Notes: generated by a model not told the origin, from the sequence alone. Numbered from the stretch's first letter, positions 1 to 16,116 are shown. The stretch is 64,000 nt of DNA from the human T2T-CHM13v2.0 reference genome, Homo sapiens (GCA_009914755.4 CP086569.2:3616001-3680000), one strand, 5' to 3'. Numbers and translations are program-made.

Positions 1-446
1 CTCCAGATGTAAACTTTTCCCAGATGATAATTTTCACTTTTGCAGAACCCTAAAGGGAGTGCCTACTACACAATGCTGAGACCCCGATTCACACAAATTG
101 TGAGCAAATAAATGTGCGCTGTGTTTACCCACAAAGTATGTGATTATTTCTTATGCAGCAATATAAATTAATATAAACACTTAATGAAATAAAGACAAAA
201 TTTCAATAATGCTGACTTTGGGCAAAATATTAAGCATCTTCATGTTCCTGTTCTATGACAAGAGTTAAATGTTTTACTCATGCCCTAAAAAGGCATCTAT
301 GGATTCTAGTCCAACATTAATTTACATAAATTTCTTTTTTTTAACTTTTATGTTCAGGGGTACATGTACAGTTTTGTTATATAGGTAAACTTGTATTATG
401 GGGGTTTGCTGTACAGATTATTTTGTCACCCAGGTAGTAAGCCTAG

Positions 447-824
<378 letters not shown>

Positions 825-1740
825 TGTGTTGTTCCCCTTTATGTGTCCATGTGTTCTCATCATGTAGTTCCCAATTATAAGTGAGAACATGTGGTATTTG
901 GTTTTTTATTCCTGCATTAGTTTGGTATAAATAATGGCCTCCAGCTTCATCCATGTTCCTGTAAAAGGCATGGTCTCAAGCGTTTTTATTTCTGAACAGT
1001 ATATCATGGTATATATGTACTACATTTCCTTTATCCAGTCTACCATTGATAGGCATTTAGGTTGATTCTATGTCTTTGCTATTGTGAATAGTGTAACAAT
1101 GAACTTACGTGTGCATGTGTCTTTATGATAGAATGGTTTATATTCCTTTAGGTATACACACAGTAATGGGATTGCTGGGCCTAATAATATTAATGGTTTT
1201 GGGTCTTTGAGGAATCACCACACTGTCTTCCATAATGGCTGAACTAATTTACACTCCCAACAACAGTGTATAATATGTATTCCTTTTTCTCTGCAACCTC
1301 GCCAGCATCTGTTATTTTTTGACTTTCACTAGCCATTCTGACATGGGACATAGAATCTTGTGATATTCATTTGCAATTCTCTAATTATCAGTGATATTGA
1401 GCTTCTTTTTATATGATTCTTGGCTGTATGTCTTCTTTTGAAAAGTGTCTGTTCATGTACTTTGCCTACTTTTTTATGAGGTTGTTAGTTTTTTCTTATA
1501 AATTTATTTAAGTTCCTTATAGATATTGGCTATTAGACTTTATCAGATGCATAATTTTCAAAAATTTTATCCTATTCTGTAGACTGTTTACTGTGTTGAT
1601 AGCTTCCTTTGCTGGGCAGAAGCTATTTAGTTTAATTAGATCCCATTTGTCAATTTTTGCTTATATTACAATTGCTTTGGTATCTTCATCATGAAATCTT
1701 TGCCCATGTCAACATCCTGAATGGTATTGTCTAAGTTTTA

Positions 1741-1863
<123 letters not shown>

Positions 1864-2247
1864 CTAGCAGCATTTATTGAATAGGGAATTCTTTCCTCAT
1901 TGCTTGTTTTTGTCAGATTTGTCAATGATCTGATAGTTACAGGCTCATGTTCGTATTTCTGGGTTCTCTATTCTGTTCCATTGGCATTTGTGTCTGTTTT
2001 TATACCAGTACCATGATATTTTGGTTACTGTAGCCCTGTAGTATATTTTGAAGTCAGGTACTGTGATGTTTCCAGTTTTGTCCTTTTTATTAGGATTTTC
2101 TTGGCTATTCAGGCTCTTTTGTTCATTCCATATGAATTTTAAAATAGATTTTTTCTAATTTGGTGAAGAAAGTTAAGAGTAGTTTAATGGGAGTATCATT
2201 GAATCTGTAAATTGCTTTGGGTGGTATGGCCATTTTAACGATATTGA

Positions 2248-2598
<351 letters not shown>

Positions 2599-2676
2599 AT
2601 CTCTGATTTCTTTGAGCAGTGGTATGTAGTTCTCCTTGTGGAGATCTTTTGCCTCCCTAGTTTGCTGTATTCCTAG

Positions 2677-3762
<1,086 letters not shown>

Positions 3763-4276
3763 ATAGAATGCTTTAGAGAGGAGTCACTCCTCCTCAATTT
3801 CTTGTAATAGTTTTAGCAGGAATGGTACCAAATCTTTGTACATCTGGCAGAATTCAGCTGTGAATCTGTCTCGTTCTTGGCTTTTTTTGGTTGGTAGGCT
3901 ATTTATTTCCTACTCAATTTCAGAGCTTGTTATTAGTCTGTTCGGGGTTCGATTTCTTATTGGTTAATCTTGGGAGGCTGTATGTGTCCAGGAATTTATC
4001 CATTTCTTCTAGATTTTCTATTTTGTGTTCATAGAGGTGTTTATAATACTCTCTGATGGTTATTTGCATTTCTGTGAGGTCAGTGTTATTATCCCACTTG
4101 TCATTTCTGACTATGTTTATTGTTTATTTGAATCCTCTCTCTTTTCTTCTTTATGAGTCTAGCTAGTAGTCTATTTTATTTTATTTTTCAAAAAACCCAG
4201 CTCTTGGTTTGTTGATCTTTTGAAGTTTTTTGTGTTCATCACTATCTCCTTCAGTTTAGCTCTGATTTTGGTTATT

Positions 4277-4585
4277 TATTTTTATTTTTATTTTTTATTT
4301 TTTGAGACAGAGTCTTGCTCTGTCACCCAGGCTGTAATGCAGTGGCACAATCTCAGCTCAGTGCACCCTCTGACTTCCAGATTCAAGTGATTCTCTTGCT
4401 TCAGCCTCCTGCATGGCTGGCACTGCAGGCACGTGCCACCACCTCTAGTTTATTTTTTTATTTTTAGTAGAGATGCAGTTTCACCATGTTGCCCAGGCTG
4501 TTCTCAAACTCCTGACCTCAAGTGATCTGCCTGTCTTGGCCTCCCAAAGTGCTGGTATTACAGGTGAGAGCTACAGCACCCAGCC
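4277..4585 (-). mobile_element. Alu (older, AluJ/S-like), nested in L1
   Basis: Antisense Alu: 'gagacagagtcttgctctgtcacccaggctgtaatgcagtggcacaatctcagctc…gtattacaggtgagagctacagcacccagcc'. More diverged from consensus than its neighbours. Confidence 0.85.
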
Positions 4586-4599
4586 TTCATTTTGGTGAT

Positions 4600-4913
4600 T
4601 TTTTATTTTTTTATTTTTTATTTTTATTTTTTGAGACAGAGTGTAACTTGGTTACCCAGGCTGGAGTGTAGTGGCATGTTCTTGGCTCACTACAACCTCC
4701 ATCTCCTGGGTTCAAGCAATTCTTGTGCCTCAGGGTCTCAAGTATCTGGGATTACAGGTGTGCACCACCACATCTGGCTAATTTTTGTATTGTTAGTACA
4801 GATGGGGTGTCACGATGTTGACCAGGCTGGTCTCAAACTCCTAAGCTCTAGTGATCAGCCCGCATCGTCCTCCAAAGTGCTGGGATTACATACACTAGCC
4901 ACCGTACCCAGCC
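4600..4913 (-). mobile_element. Alu, nested in L1, immediately adjacent to the previous Alu
   Basis: Antisense Alu: 'gagacagagtgtaacttggttacccaggctggagtgtagtggcatgttcttggctcactacaacctcc…gctgggattacatacactagccaccgtacccagcc'. A GATTTTRGTTATTT motif is found before the first Alu of the pair (4263-4276) and after this one (4914-4927). Confidence 0.85.
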
Positions 4914-5067
4914 GATTTTAGTTATTTCTTGCCTTCTGCTATCTTTGAAATTTGTTTGCTCTTGGATCTCTAGCTATTTTAGGTTTTTAAATTGAGTTCC
5001 TTCTAACTTCTTGATGTGGGCATTTAGTACTATAAATTTCCTCTTAACTCTGGGTTAGCTTTTTCTA

Positions 5068-5163
<96 letters not shown>

Positions 5164-7599
5164 TTATTATTTACCCCAAATTCATTCAGGAGTAGGTTAT
5201 TCCATTTCTATGTAATTGCATGGTTTTGAGTGAATTCTCTTATTCTTATTTTTAATTTCTAATTTGATTGTATTGTGGTCCAAGTGATTGTTTTGATTTC
5301 AGTTCTTTTGCATTTGCTGAGGAGTGTTTTACTTCAAATTATTAAAATTCATTAAAATTAATATCGATTTTAGAGTATGTGCCATGTGGCAATGAGAAGA
5401 ATGTATATTCTGCTGCTTTTGGGTGGAAAGTTCTGTAGATATCTATGAGGTCCATTTGATCCAGTGCTGAGTTCAGATGTTGAATATATGTGTTAATTAC
5501 CTGTCTTGATGATCTGCCTAATCTTTTCTGTCAGTGGGGTGTTAAAGTTTCCCACTATTACTGTGTGGGAGTCTAAATCTCTTTGAAGGTCTCTAAGAAC
5601 TTGGTTTATGTATCTGGGTGCTCCTGTGTTAGGTGCACATATATTTATAATAGTTAGATTTTCCTGTTTAATTGAATCATTTATTATTATGTGATGCTTT
5701 TATTTATCTTTTTTGATCTTTGTTGGTTTAAATTATGTTTTGTCCAAAACATGATTATACCAGCTGAGAGGTAAGCTCAACTGTTAGCTTCCCCTCCTGA
5801 TAAACTCAAAAGACTGCTTGGTTGTATGATTACTGTTGATCATCCTTATTGGAGAAAAAAAAACAAAAAGCCAAAAAAAAAAAAAAAAACCAAACAACAA
5901 CAACCCAAGACTGACACTCTTTGGACTATTTGCAGTGTTCCTTATTCATGCCAATATTATTTTATGAGAATACTTGGACAATTCTTAATATAATCTTCTG
6001 GATAAAATCAATGCAAAGATCCAAAATGATGCACAAAATGGAACTTTTAAAAATTATTATATCATGTTAATTTCTCACATTATAGAGTTGGTTATTTTTA
6101 GAGATCTGTTAAAGCTGTAATAAAAGAAAATACAGACTAACGTAATAGCAACTGTGTAGGTCTTTGTCACTTATCTAGATGGCACTTTGCTGAAGTTGCA
6201 GTTATTACATAAATATATACATTTTTGTACTGGATCAAATCTGAAGAATTGGCCCTAATTTAAAAAGTAAATACCTCTATTTTCTGCTGTTGTGAAGAGC
6301 AGTTGGCTGTTTCTCAGTCTCTACAATATTCCCACAGGACAAGGACATTTATAAGTATTTCTATAATAGGCACATATTCACATAATAATTTGAGAAGTGG
6401 GAATTTCAGAAGACTAATTTGTTTCTCTGAGGTTCAGGTGAATTTTACTAGTAAGTTGCATTTCTACAAAACTACAGAGAAGTCTTAACATGTTCATCTA
6501 TAAACAACTACAAAAATGCAAGCTACTTTGTGGATCACAGAAGAAATTAGCAGATTTTTTAAGTAACCTATGTGTCACTTCAATTATTCTTTTTTTGGTG
6601 AATATTTTACAGTGAAAAAGCCCCAGTCTTTGAGACTAAGTCAGCAAAACTATCCTAATGATGATCACCTCAATCTATGCTATACTTGGGAAAAGCATTA
6701 TCTACTGTACTATGATTTATTGCTGTGCTTTGAGTCATTTCTTTGCATAGTTAAGCTGCTACCAATTGTTTCAGCATAGGAATGGCTTCCAAGAATATAT
6801 CTGAAGTATGTTGTGACAACTCACCTGGCATGGTGGCAAGAAGGAGCAGAGAAAGATGTTCTATAGTAATATGAACATGTTCCACAACACTGGAAGAATA
6901 TGGATAGTAGAGAAGAAAAAAACTTGTGAAATGCAGAAATTTGTGTGAAGTCCCTTGTGTCGTGTATCTCAATATATTGAATCATGTCTTTATATACTGA
7001 GGATATCTTGTCCTGATGAATTCTGGTGATCCCTGAAAAAAAATGGTAGAAAGAACATACTAAAAATTAAAGAAAAGATAAATTTTGAATAGAGGAAATG
7101 AAGTTTTTTTGTTGTCCAAATTAATATGAAGGAGGGAATCAAATAAACATAACGAAGAAGATTCATTTTTTGCTCCTTTTATATGAAATGCTGATATCTT
7201 TGACACTAATCAAAACTCAGCTCTACAATGAAGATTAGAAGACAAGCTGTGTGTCTTCAATTTAAAGGAATTTACAAATACTGTACAGGAAAACTTGAAA
7301 TGCCATGAAATCTTATAGCTCATGAATATAATTCAATACAGGTTTCACCCAAATTGACAAAAATTCTAAATGTTTACTCAGCCTTAAAATAAACAGGTCT
7401 TGAAGCTAAAACAAACTTTCAAAAAATATCCATAATGTAAAAACTAATTTTAATCAACCATGTTACAAGGAGACTTATTTGTCTTTCTAATGTTTCTATA
7501 CAAAATGTTGTTCAAATATGATTTTTCTATGAAGAGTCAAAGAGTATGGCATTGTTTCTGAATATGCTAATTTTCTTCTATTTTGATACTTGTGTTATT

Positions 7600-8027
7600 T
7601 GTAGCTTTTTAAAATGTTAGATTAAGGAGATAAATGAGCAGGTTTCTTACTTGGGTATATTGTGTGATGCTGAGGTTTTCACTTCTAATGATCTCATGGC
7701 CCAAATAGTGAACATAGTATCTAACAGGTAGTTTTCAATCCTTGTCCCCCTTCCTCATTCCTCCTCTTTTGGAATCCTCAGTATTTATCATTCCCATCTT
7801 TGTGTTCATCTGTATCCAGTATTTGGCTCCCACTTTTAAGTGAAAACATGTGGCATTTGTTTTTTTGTTTCTGTATTAATTCACTTAGGATAATGGCCTC
7901 CAGCTATATCCACGTTGTTTCAAAGGACATGATGTCATCCTTTTTTATTGCTGCATATTATTCCACAGTGCATATAGGCCATATTTTCTTTATCCAATCC
8001 ACTGGTGACAAGCACCTGGAATGATTC
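7600..8027 (-). mobile_element. L1 3'-end fragment (antisense), left half of an L1 piece split by an LTR insertion
   Basis: '…gcaggtttcttacttgggtatattgtgtgatgctg…ctcccacttttaagtgaaaacatgtggcatttgtttttttgtttctgtattaattcacttaggataatggcctccagctatatccacgttgtttcaaaggacatgatgtcatcc' is antisense L1 ORF2 C-terminus/3'UTR. Confidence 0.75.
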
Positions 8028-8794
8028 TGTTACCGGGGGTCCTTGCTCACAGAGCTCCCAAGATGGTGGTGAGCCGCTTCCAAGATGATGGCAAGCCTCG
8101 TGTTCTCTGACCTGGGGTTCTTGGCCTGACGGATTCCAAGGAATGGAATCTTGGGCCATGTGGTGAGTGTTATAGCTCTATTAGAAGCCGTGGGTCACGG
8201 AAGAGAACCGTGGAACCCAGTGACTAGTGTTCAGCTCGATTAGGATGAACCCAGGCACTTAGCCATGCAGGAACAATGGCAAACCTTTAGCCCGAACAGG
8301 AGTGGCAATGGGCGCCTTGCTGGATCAGGAGCACAGTGAACACCCTGCCGGATCCAGAGAGATGGAAGTCAGTGGTGGGTCTGTGACGGCAGCAAACAGC
8401 AGTCGTGGACAACGAGCGAAAGCTCAGGTCAAGCCATAACAAACACGGACCAGAAGAGTGCAGTTGCAAGATTTAATAGAGTGAAATAGAGTGAAAACAG
8501 AGCTCCCATACAAAGGGAGGGGACCCAAAGGGGGTGGCCATTGCTGGCTCGAATGCCTGGGTTTCTATCTTGATCATTGGCCCTCCCGCTGTGCTCCCAG
8601 GCAACAGATGATTGGCTATTTCTTTACCTACTGTTTTTGCCTAATTAGCATTTTAGTGAGCTCTCCTTACTATCTGATTGGTCGGGTGTGAGCTAAGTTG
8701 CAAGCCCTGTGTTTAAAGGTGGAAGAAGTCACCTTCCCAGCTAGGCTTAGGGATTCTTAGTCAGCCTAAGAAATCCAGCTAGTCCTGTCTCTCA
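8028..8794 (+). mobile_element. Solo LTR of ERV9-type (LTR12-related, divergent) inserted into the L1; 4-bp TSD ATTC
   Basis: Begins TG…, ends …CTCA. Same architecture as the two LTR12-like copies downstream ('gggttcttggcctgacggattccaaggaatggaatc…gagtgttatagctc…gcagttgcaagatttaatagagtgaaa…ggggacccaaagggggtggccattgctggct') with ATTGG (CCAAT) motifs near the 3' part. ATTC occurs at 8024-8027 and 8795-8798, and L1 sequence resumes on the far side. Confidence 0.6.
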
Positions 8795-9440
8795 ATTCCA
8801 TGTCTTTGCTACTATAAATAGTACTGTGAAAAACATGTGAGGGCAGGTGTCTTTTTGGTAGAACAATTTATTTTCCTGTGAGTATATACTCAATATTGAG
8901 ATTGCTGGGTCTAATGATAGTTCTAGTTTTAGTTCTTTGAAAAATCACTGTTTCTCATAGATATTGAACTAATTTACATTTCCACAAGCAGTATATAAGC
9001 ATTCTATTTTCTCTGCAACCTCACCAGTATCTGTTATTTTTTGACTTTTTAATAATTGCCATTCTGACTGGTGTGAGATAGCATCTCATTGTGGTTTTGA
9101 TTTCCATCTCCCTGATTATTAGTGAGCATTTTTTCATATGTTTGTTATTGAGAAGTATCTATTCTTTTGACAAGTACCTGTTCATGTCCTCTGCCCACTT
9201 TTTAATTAGGTTATTTCTTTTTCTTGTTGATTTGTGTAAGTTTCTTGTAGATTCTGAATATTTTGCCTTATTCAAATTATGCATAGTTTGCAAAATTTTT
9301 CTCCTATTCTATAGGTTGTCTGTTAAAATGTGTAATTTCTTATCATATGTTTTCTTATTCTACATAAGTTTTTACTTTTATATCTAATTTATTAACCATT
9401 TTGTATTCTTTCTCTTGAATACTTCTCTTTGAAGTGGACT
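8795..9440 (-). mobile_element. L1 ORF2 C-terminal region fragment (antisense), continuation of the piece split by the LTR
   Basis: 'ccatgtctttgctactataaatagtactgtgaaaaacatgtgagggcaggtgtctttttggtagaacaatttattttcctgtgagtatatactcaatattgagattgctgggtc…gccattctgactggtgtgagatagcatctcattgtggttttgatttccatctccctgattattagtgagc' is classic antisense L1. Confidence 0.8.
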
Positions 9441-12154
9441 CTTATATTGTGCAAATTTCAGTCCTCTCAAAATCTAGATGATCTCTGGCAAAACTGTATT
9501 CTTGGAAGGAGAAGAAATGAATATAGTCCTGGCTTTACTGTGCTGTTGACTTGGTTTTTGACCCAAAAGAAGTTATTTAACCTAACGAGGCCTCTTTTAC
9601 AATAACTTTAAAATAAAGCTATAGCTTTTAAGGACCCTTTTATCATGCTGACAATCTGGAATTTTTCCTAAGCCTCATGCTCTCAGGAAACAACTCAAGT
9701 TAAAACGATCCTATCATTTTTTTGTTTTGCAAAATGGATTACTGGAAAGAACCATCCTTCCTCATATGACTTTGATAAGACTCAACAATGGCTGCTTCCT
9801 TGCTTAACTGATAACAAGACTCCATAAAGTCCCTCCAAATCCCTTTTTTTTTTTTGCCTTATAAATGATTGGCTGAAATGTTTTATCCACAAAGATCAAC
9901 AGGAATAAAATACCTGTTAACGCAACTTAGGCTTCTTTCCTTCCTCCAGACCCCTGTACATTGGTCTACCCTCAGCCTGAGACAACAGGGAAACCCTCCT
10001 CATAATAGTCTGGCCTCAGGGTAAAACATTCTGTGATCTACTATTGTCTCATACCACCCTTTCATCCTACTTCCCCCACACTGGGGTTCTTTCAAGCCTT
10101 GTTTTCTTCTCTCTGTAAGAAAAAAAACAAAAACAAAACCAAAAACAAACAAACAAAAAACCATTTCTGCCTAATTCTTGAAACACTGGCAGACCTTACA
10201 GTCAGCATTCACCCTACTCCAGTAGTCCTTCTCCCCTCCCTTGCAATAATCCTTTTGAATAAAAGTCTCTCCTTACTCATTCTGGATTTGCTTTTTATTT
10301 GGCAATGCAAAAAATGTGCCTGTTAAAGGGTTAGAGAAATGAAGCCAGCATGTTATCTGAAAATCTCAAAATTCTACTCTTTTTATGAGTGAAGCTACTG
10401 AACAAGTAAACAGCATAGTTCTCTTAACCCAATATTTAATCAGTTTTATACACTGAAAAGGCTCCATTTATGGCTGAGTCTTTTATTAAAACCAGTTGTA
10501 CAATGAATGCCTATCTAAACATTGTGCATTATTACAAGAAGAGTTTTTCTGAATTGCAAATTTCATGAAAGCTTGTGTTATGCTATCCCTGTATAACTAA
10601 TGTAACATTTGGGAACAAATATATTTCTTTTATAACAAAATTCAAATGTTGAAATAGCTTAAATATCCTCAGAAATAGAGTACTATTCTCTGCATTTCTC
10701 TTTGGTGAAATTCTCTAGATGTCCTGTAAATGTCACTTCCTACAGCAAAGTTTTGAAAGCATTAAGCACCCCTGGAAAGCCAGATCACAAAACATACAAA
10801 AGGATATTAAAACACAGAAACTTTAAACATATTAGTGTTAGAAACTTTGTTTTAACTAAGTACTTTCTCTTATTATGCTTCTGCGTATCAGTTGCAAAAC
10901 GTTTACACCACCTACAGCAACCTTAGACGAAAGGATTTAAAGTAAGCATGTCAATAGTGGTTCACAAAGCAATTAAAAAATATATATATGATTTCCTATC
11001 TTTAAAATAATTTTAGATGGTGTTTTAATCTTTGTTAGAAAGTACAGAAGACACTTTTTTTGTTTTCTTTTAATTTTTTTTACATGTATTTGTTTGTGAA
11101 TCTTCTGTCTCTACTAGACCAAGAGCTACTTACTGGCAGAAAATAATTTTAATTTCTCTCTGGCTCAGTATTGAGTAGAGGCTGATAAATGTTTGGGACA
11201 GAAGGACAAAAGATATTTCACTCTGTTCACTTGCATTCTTCTTACTTTTTCTAAGTATTTTTCTCCTTTTACTGCTGCTTTCTCTGTTTTTGCAAAATAT
11301 TTCCAAGACATGAAAGAGCATTCCTTACAATACATGCCCAGTTTAAAAACCACAGAGGAAATATGTAATTATACACCCATCACTGAGATTAAAATACAAG
11401 ATTAACTATTATATCTAAAACCCTTGAATATCTCTCAAATTGAGCCCTCTTTTGCACTCTCAGCTGTAACCACTAATCTAAAACTTATTTTAATTATTCT
11501 TTGCTTCACTTTATAATTCTTCCACATGTAAATATATCTTTAAACCTTATATCATCTAATTTTACTTGCATTTGACAGTAACATAAATAGAATTATACTG
11601 CACTTGTTTGTTTGACTGAACATAAGTCATTGAGATTCATTGTGAGGTACATTCATCTTCCTTTTGTATGGCTCAGCTACACAAAGTGTGTTCCCATTCC
11701 CTGGACCAACAACATTGAGATCACCTAGAAATTTGTTAGAAATGTAGAATCTTTGGCACCACTATCAAATCCTTGAGTACAAATTTCATTTAACAAGATT
11801 CCCAGGAGATGCACACTCACAGTAATATTTGAAAATCACTTCATTGTTTGATTATAGCATAATATATTCATTATATTGTTTGTATAATATCATTGACATT
11901 AATTGTCTTGTCTGTGATACTTGGTTGATTTCATTTATTTTCCATAAAAATCTCTGTATTTATTCAACAAATATATATTATGTGCTTACTACATGCCAAG
12001 CATTGAAATAAATGCTTAGGATCCTTCAGAGAATAAAACAGAAAAAAATCCTGCTTTTGTGGTGCTTACATTCTAATGAGGGTAAAAGGCAAAAATCATA
12101 TATAATAAACGTATTTCATGTTATAAAGTGATAAGCACTTGCTATAGATGGAAT

Positions 12155-12546
12155 TGTGACCCCCAAAATTTATATGTTAAAGCGTTAACACCCACTACAT
12201 CAGATGTAATAATATTTGGAGTTAAGGTCTTTAAATTGGTAATTAAATTAAAACAAGTCTGTAAGGATAGTCCCTTATACAATCCAACTGGTTTCCCTAT
12301 GAGAAAAGGAGACTGGGACACAGAGACAGACACCAGGGATAAGCAATCACACAGGAAAGGCTACTGAGTGCAGCAAGAGGTTGGCTCTCTGAGGGCTAAG
12401 GAGAGAAGCCTCAGAAAAAAAAAATCAACTTTGCTAACATCTTGATCCTGGATTTCTGCCTCCAGAACTGTGAGAAAATGAATTTGTGTTGGCTAAGCCA
12501 CACAGTCTGTGATGTTTTGTTATGGTGGCCCTGGCAAACCAATACA
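12155..12546 (+). mobile_element. MaLR-superfamily solo LTR (MST/MLT1-type)
   Basis: Starts 'tgtgacccccaaaatttatatgttaaagcgttaacaccc…' and ends '…cttgatcctggatttctgcctccagaactgtgagaaaatgaatttgtgttggctaagccacacagtctgtgatgttttgttatggtggccctggcaaaccaataca'. These are the TGTGAC… / …AATACA termini of the MaLR LTR consensus. Confidence 0.7.
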
Positions 12547-13121
12547 GTGCTTAAATAAAGAAGCAAGATAAGATGGATGAGAGTGCCAGGAATGGGGATG
12601 AGAACAATTTTAAGTAGAGTGGTCAGAGTAAATTGCATTGACAAGGTGTCCTTTGATCAAAACCCAAAAGGTGTTAAATGAATTTCATGAGGCTCCAGTC
12701 ATAGGGTGAAAAATGTAAGTAGGGAGTGTTTAGTGGATATTTTCATGGGAGAGCAAAAAAGTCAGTACAGCTGGAAGAAAAGTGAACAAGAGGGAGAACA
12801 GTGGGAGATGAGTTCAGAGAACTAACAGGACTTTGGTTTTTAATGCAACTGAAATGGGGTGATATTGCAGTTTTAGCAGACATGTAATATGACATTTGTA
12901 AAGTACCATTCTGGTTGCTGTGTGGAGGTATAATGCAGACAGCAAAAGGTGAAGCAGTGGGACCAGGTAGGGCTAAATTTCTGAAAGTCAATAACATATA
13001 ATTTGCATATAAATTATCATTATTAATATTATCTTAATAGAATTAAGATACTAGGAAGAAAAAAAGTGAAAAGCTGAAATTATATATTTGCAACAAATGA
13101 TCTGCCAAAAGATCATTACTA

Positions 13122-13199
13122 TAGGTTGGTGCAAAAGTAATTGAGATTTTTGCCATTAAAAGTACACAAAAAATCACAATTACTTTTGCACCAAACATA
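13122..13199. mobile_element. MADE1 (Hsmar1-derived MITE), about 80-bp near-palindrome
   Basis: 'taggttggtgcaaaagtaattgagatttttgccattaaaagta|cacaaaaaatcacaattacttttgcaccaaac' is the canonical MADE1 inverted-repeat structure (TTAGGTTGGTGCAAAAGTAATTGCGGTTTTTGCC…). TA dinucleotides flank it. Confidence 0.8.
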
Positions 13200-13746
13200 G
13201 TAATGACCTTTCAGCAGATTATTTCTTGCAAATATATACTTCCAGCCTGTCACATTTTTTTTCTTTCTGGTATCTTAATTTTAAGGCCTGATTTTTGTTT
13301 TATGTTTAACCCTTTTTGTGTCTTGCTTATGAAACCTTCCCCACTTCAAGACCATAAAGCTACTTTTTTCTTATAAGCTTTAAAACTTAATTGTACAGAT
13401 ATGTTATTATTTCATCTGGAATTAAATTTTGTATATAGTTTTAGGTAAAGAATTCATTTTATTTTATTTTCCACACAACCAATTGTCTAGCACCATTTTT
13501 CAAATAGTGCAGTTAATACTTATCTGCAATACCGGCTCTGTCATATGTAAAGTTTATGTAAATGTTTGGTCTATTTATGAGCTTTTTTATTAGATTTGTT
13601 GGTCAGTTTGTCGATTCTGGCTAATTCCACATTGTCTTAATCTACCTTTTAAATAAATCTTTATTTCTGTTATGTCTCCAACTTTGTTCTTAACAGTGGT
13701 TTATTCTTTTTTCTTTACATTCACGTAATTTTTAGAATAAATTTCC

Positions 13747-14450
<704 letters not shown>

Positions 14451-16114
14451 GTGTCGTTTCCCAATTGTATAATAAATCTTTTACCAGACATTGCATCACA
14501 GTTCCTCTCTCCCTATTAACCTAGGTACTACTTCTAGGACATAATGGATTACAAGCCTAGGTGACTAGCAGCACTTAATAGAAACAGGCTTGTTTTGTAA
14601 ACATCTGAAAGTCTGAGAAAGCTCAACTTGAGTAGTAAAAGGTTGAAACCACGTAACCATAAAGTTATAATTTGTGTTATTACACTTTTACTTCTCCGCC
14701 TCCTCTGCTTCATTGTTATTTTCATTATGTCATTAATACAACAGAAGTAAATAATATTTATTGAGTGTTGAGTACTTCTTTAATTACTTTAGATATATTT
14801 TGCCTAATCTTCTTTATACTCCTATAGGATATATAATGATAACTACTTTAACATATGAGAAATGAGGATCAGAGAGGTTAAGTAGAGTGTCCACATTCAG
14901 GTACCTGGGAAAGGAGTGAAATACAGAATTAAGATAATCAAAGCCACATTATTTTACATGCAAAAGTTTTGCTCAGTCTTTGTTAATTTCCTAAATTAGA
15001 AACAAATGGCCTTGCAGTTGCTACTTCATTTTCTGCTTTTGATACTGCCATATAGAAATTTAGTATTTAAAATAAAAATAATACTAGACAGCATGACTAG
15101 CTTCAGAGAATTATCAATGATTTAATCTTTAGTTACCTGACACCTGAATTACTATAGATTCCTATTGGGCACACTCTGATGTCATTTTATAAAGGTAAAT
15201 TATTTCCTCTTCAAAGTTGTGACCTATCTCATAAAAGTGTCATAAGAATTAACTAATTAAAGATCAAAGAGCACTTTGAGAATGTATTATACTATGTAAA
15301 TACTGAGTATTGAAAAGACAAATTCTAGAGGTTAGCAAAATACTAATGTGTCAACACCAGTTCTTTTTTGCAAGGTTTTGTTTTTCATCCTTGTTCTTTT
15401 ATGTTGTAAAATATGTATTGAAACATTTGTCATAAAATATCTTGCTGCTAAATGTAAGAAAGCGTAACAGGTTTTACTTTTTCAAAATTAATAAATATTC
15501 ACATTTTATTTTAAATCACAATGGTTCTCATGAAACTGAAATTATATTATTCCAGAAGTAATCAGAGCCTTTTAGAAGTAATTGGAGTCTTTTTGGAAGT
15601 ACATTTTATAAATCCTATTAAGTGGTCATTTTTCTTATGGTTCTTTCTTTTAGCAAAGTAAATTTGTTATTTAATTATCTTTAATCTTTAAAGGAATTAT
15701 TCAAATATGTCCAAGCTTTATTAAATAATAAGTACTGGGGCATTATAGTAAATTATTAGAAAGTATAAATGATAAAATGTGTGCTATTTTGAGCATGTTT
15801 AGACTTCATAACTATATCTACACATAAAATATCATAATAAAAACCAATTATTGAAAAATATAAAATCACACATGAGATTATGTAGAAATTTTAAAGAAGC
15901 TTGGGAATTGCCTCCACTTCAGTATACATCATCAAAGCACGTTTTAGATACCTGCAAATAGTTCTTTGGCTTTGAGATTTAGTATCGCCAAAAAAAAGTC
16001 TGAAAATTAAATGTTTCTAAGGTCTGATAGGACATTTTGCTTGTTTTCACAGATGAAAAATTTTAGTAAAAATATATTCTTAAATAAGACATGTATTAGG
16101 GTTCCCTGGGGATG

Positions 16115-16116
<2 letters not shown>

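Noticed and set aside
5750-5900. Short segment ending in a long poly(A) (5857-5891) just beyond the 5' end of the first L1
   Set aside because: It could be the tail of a retroposed fragment or a separate SINE/processed-pseudogene scrap, but I recognise no family and no TSD.
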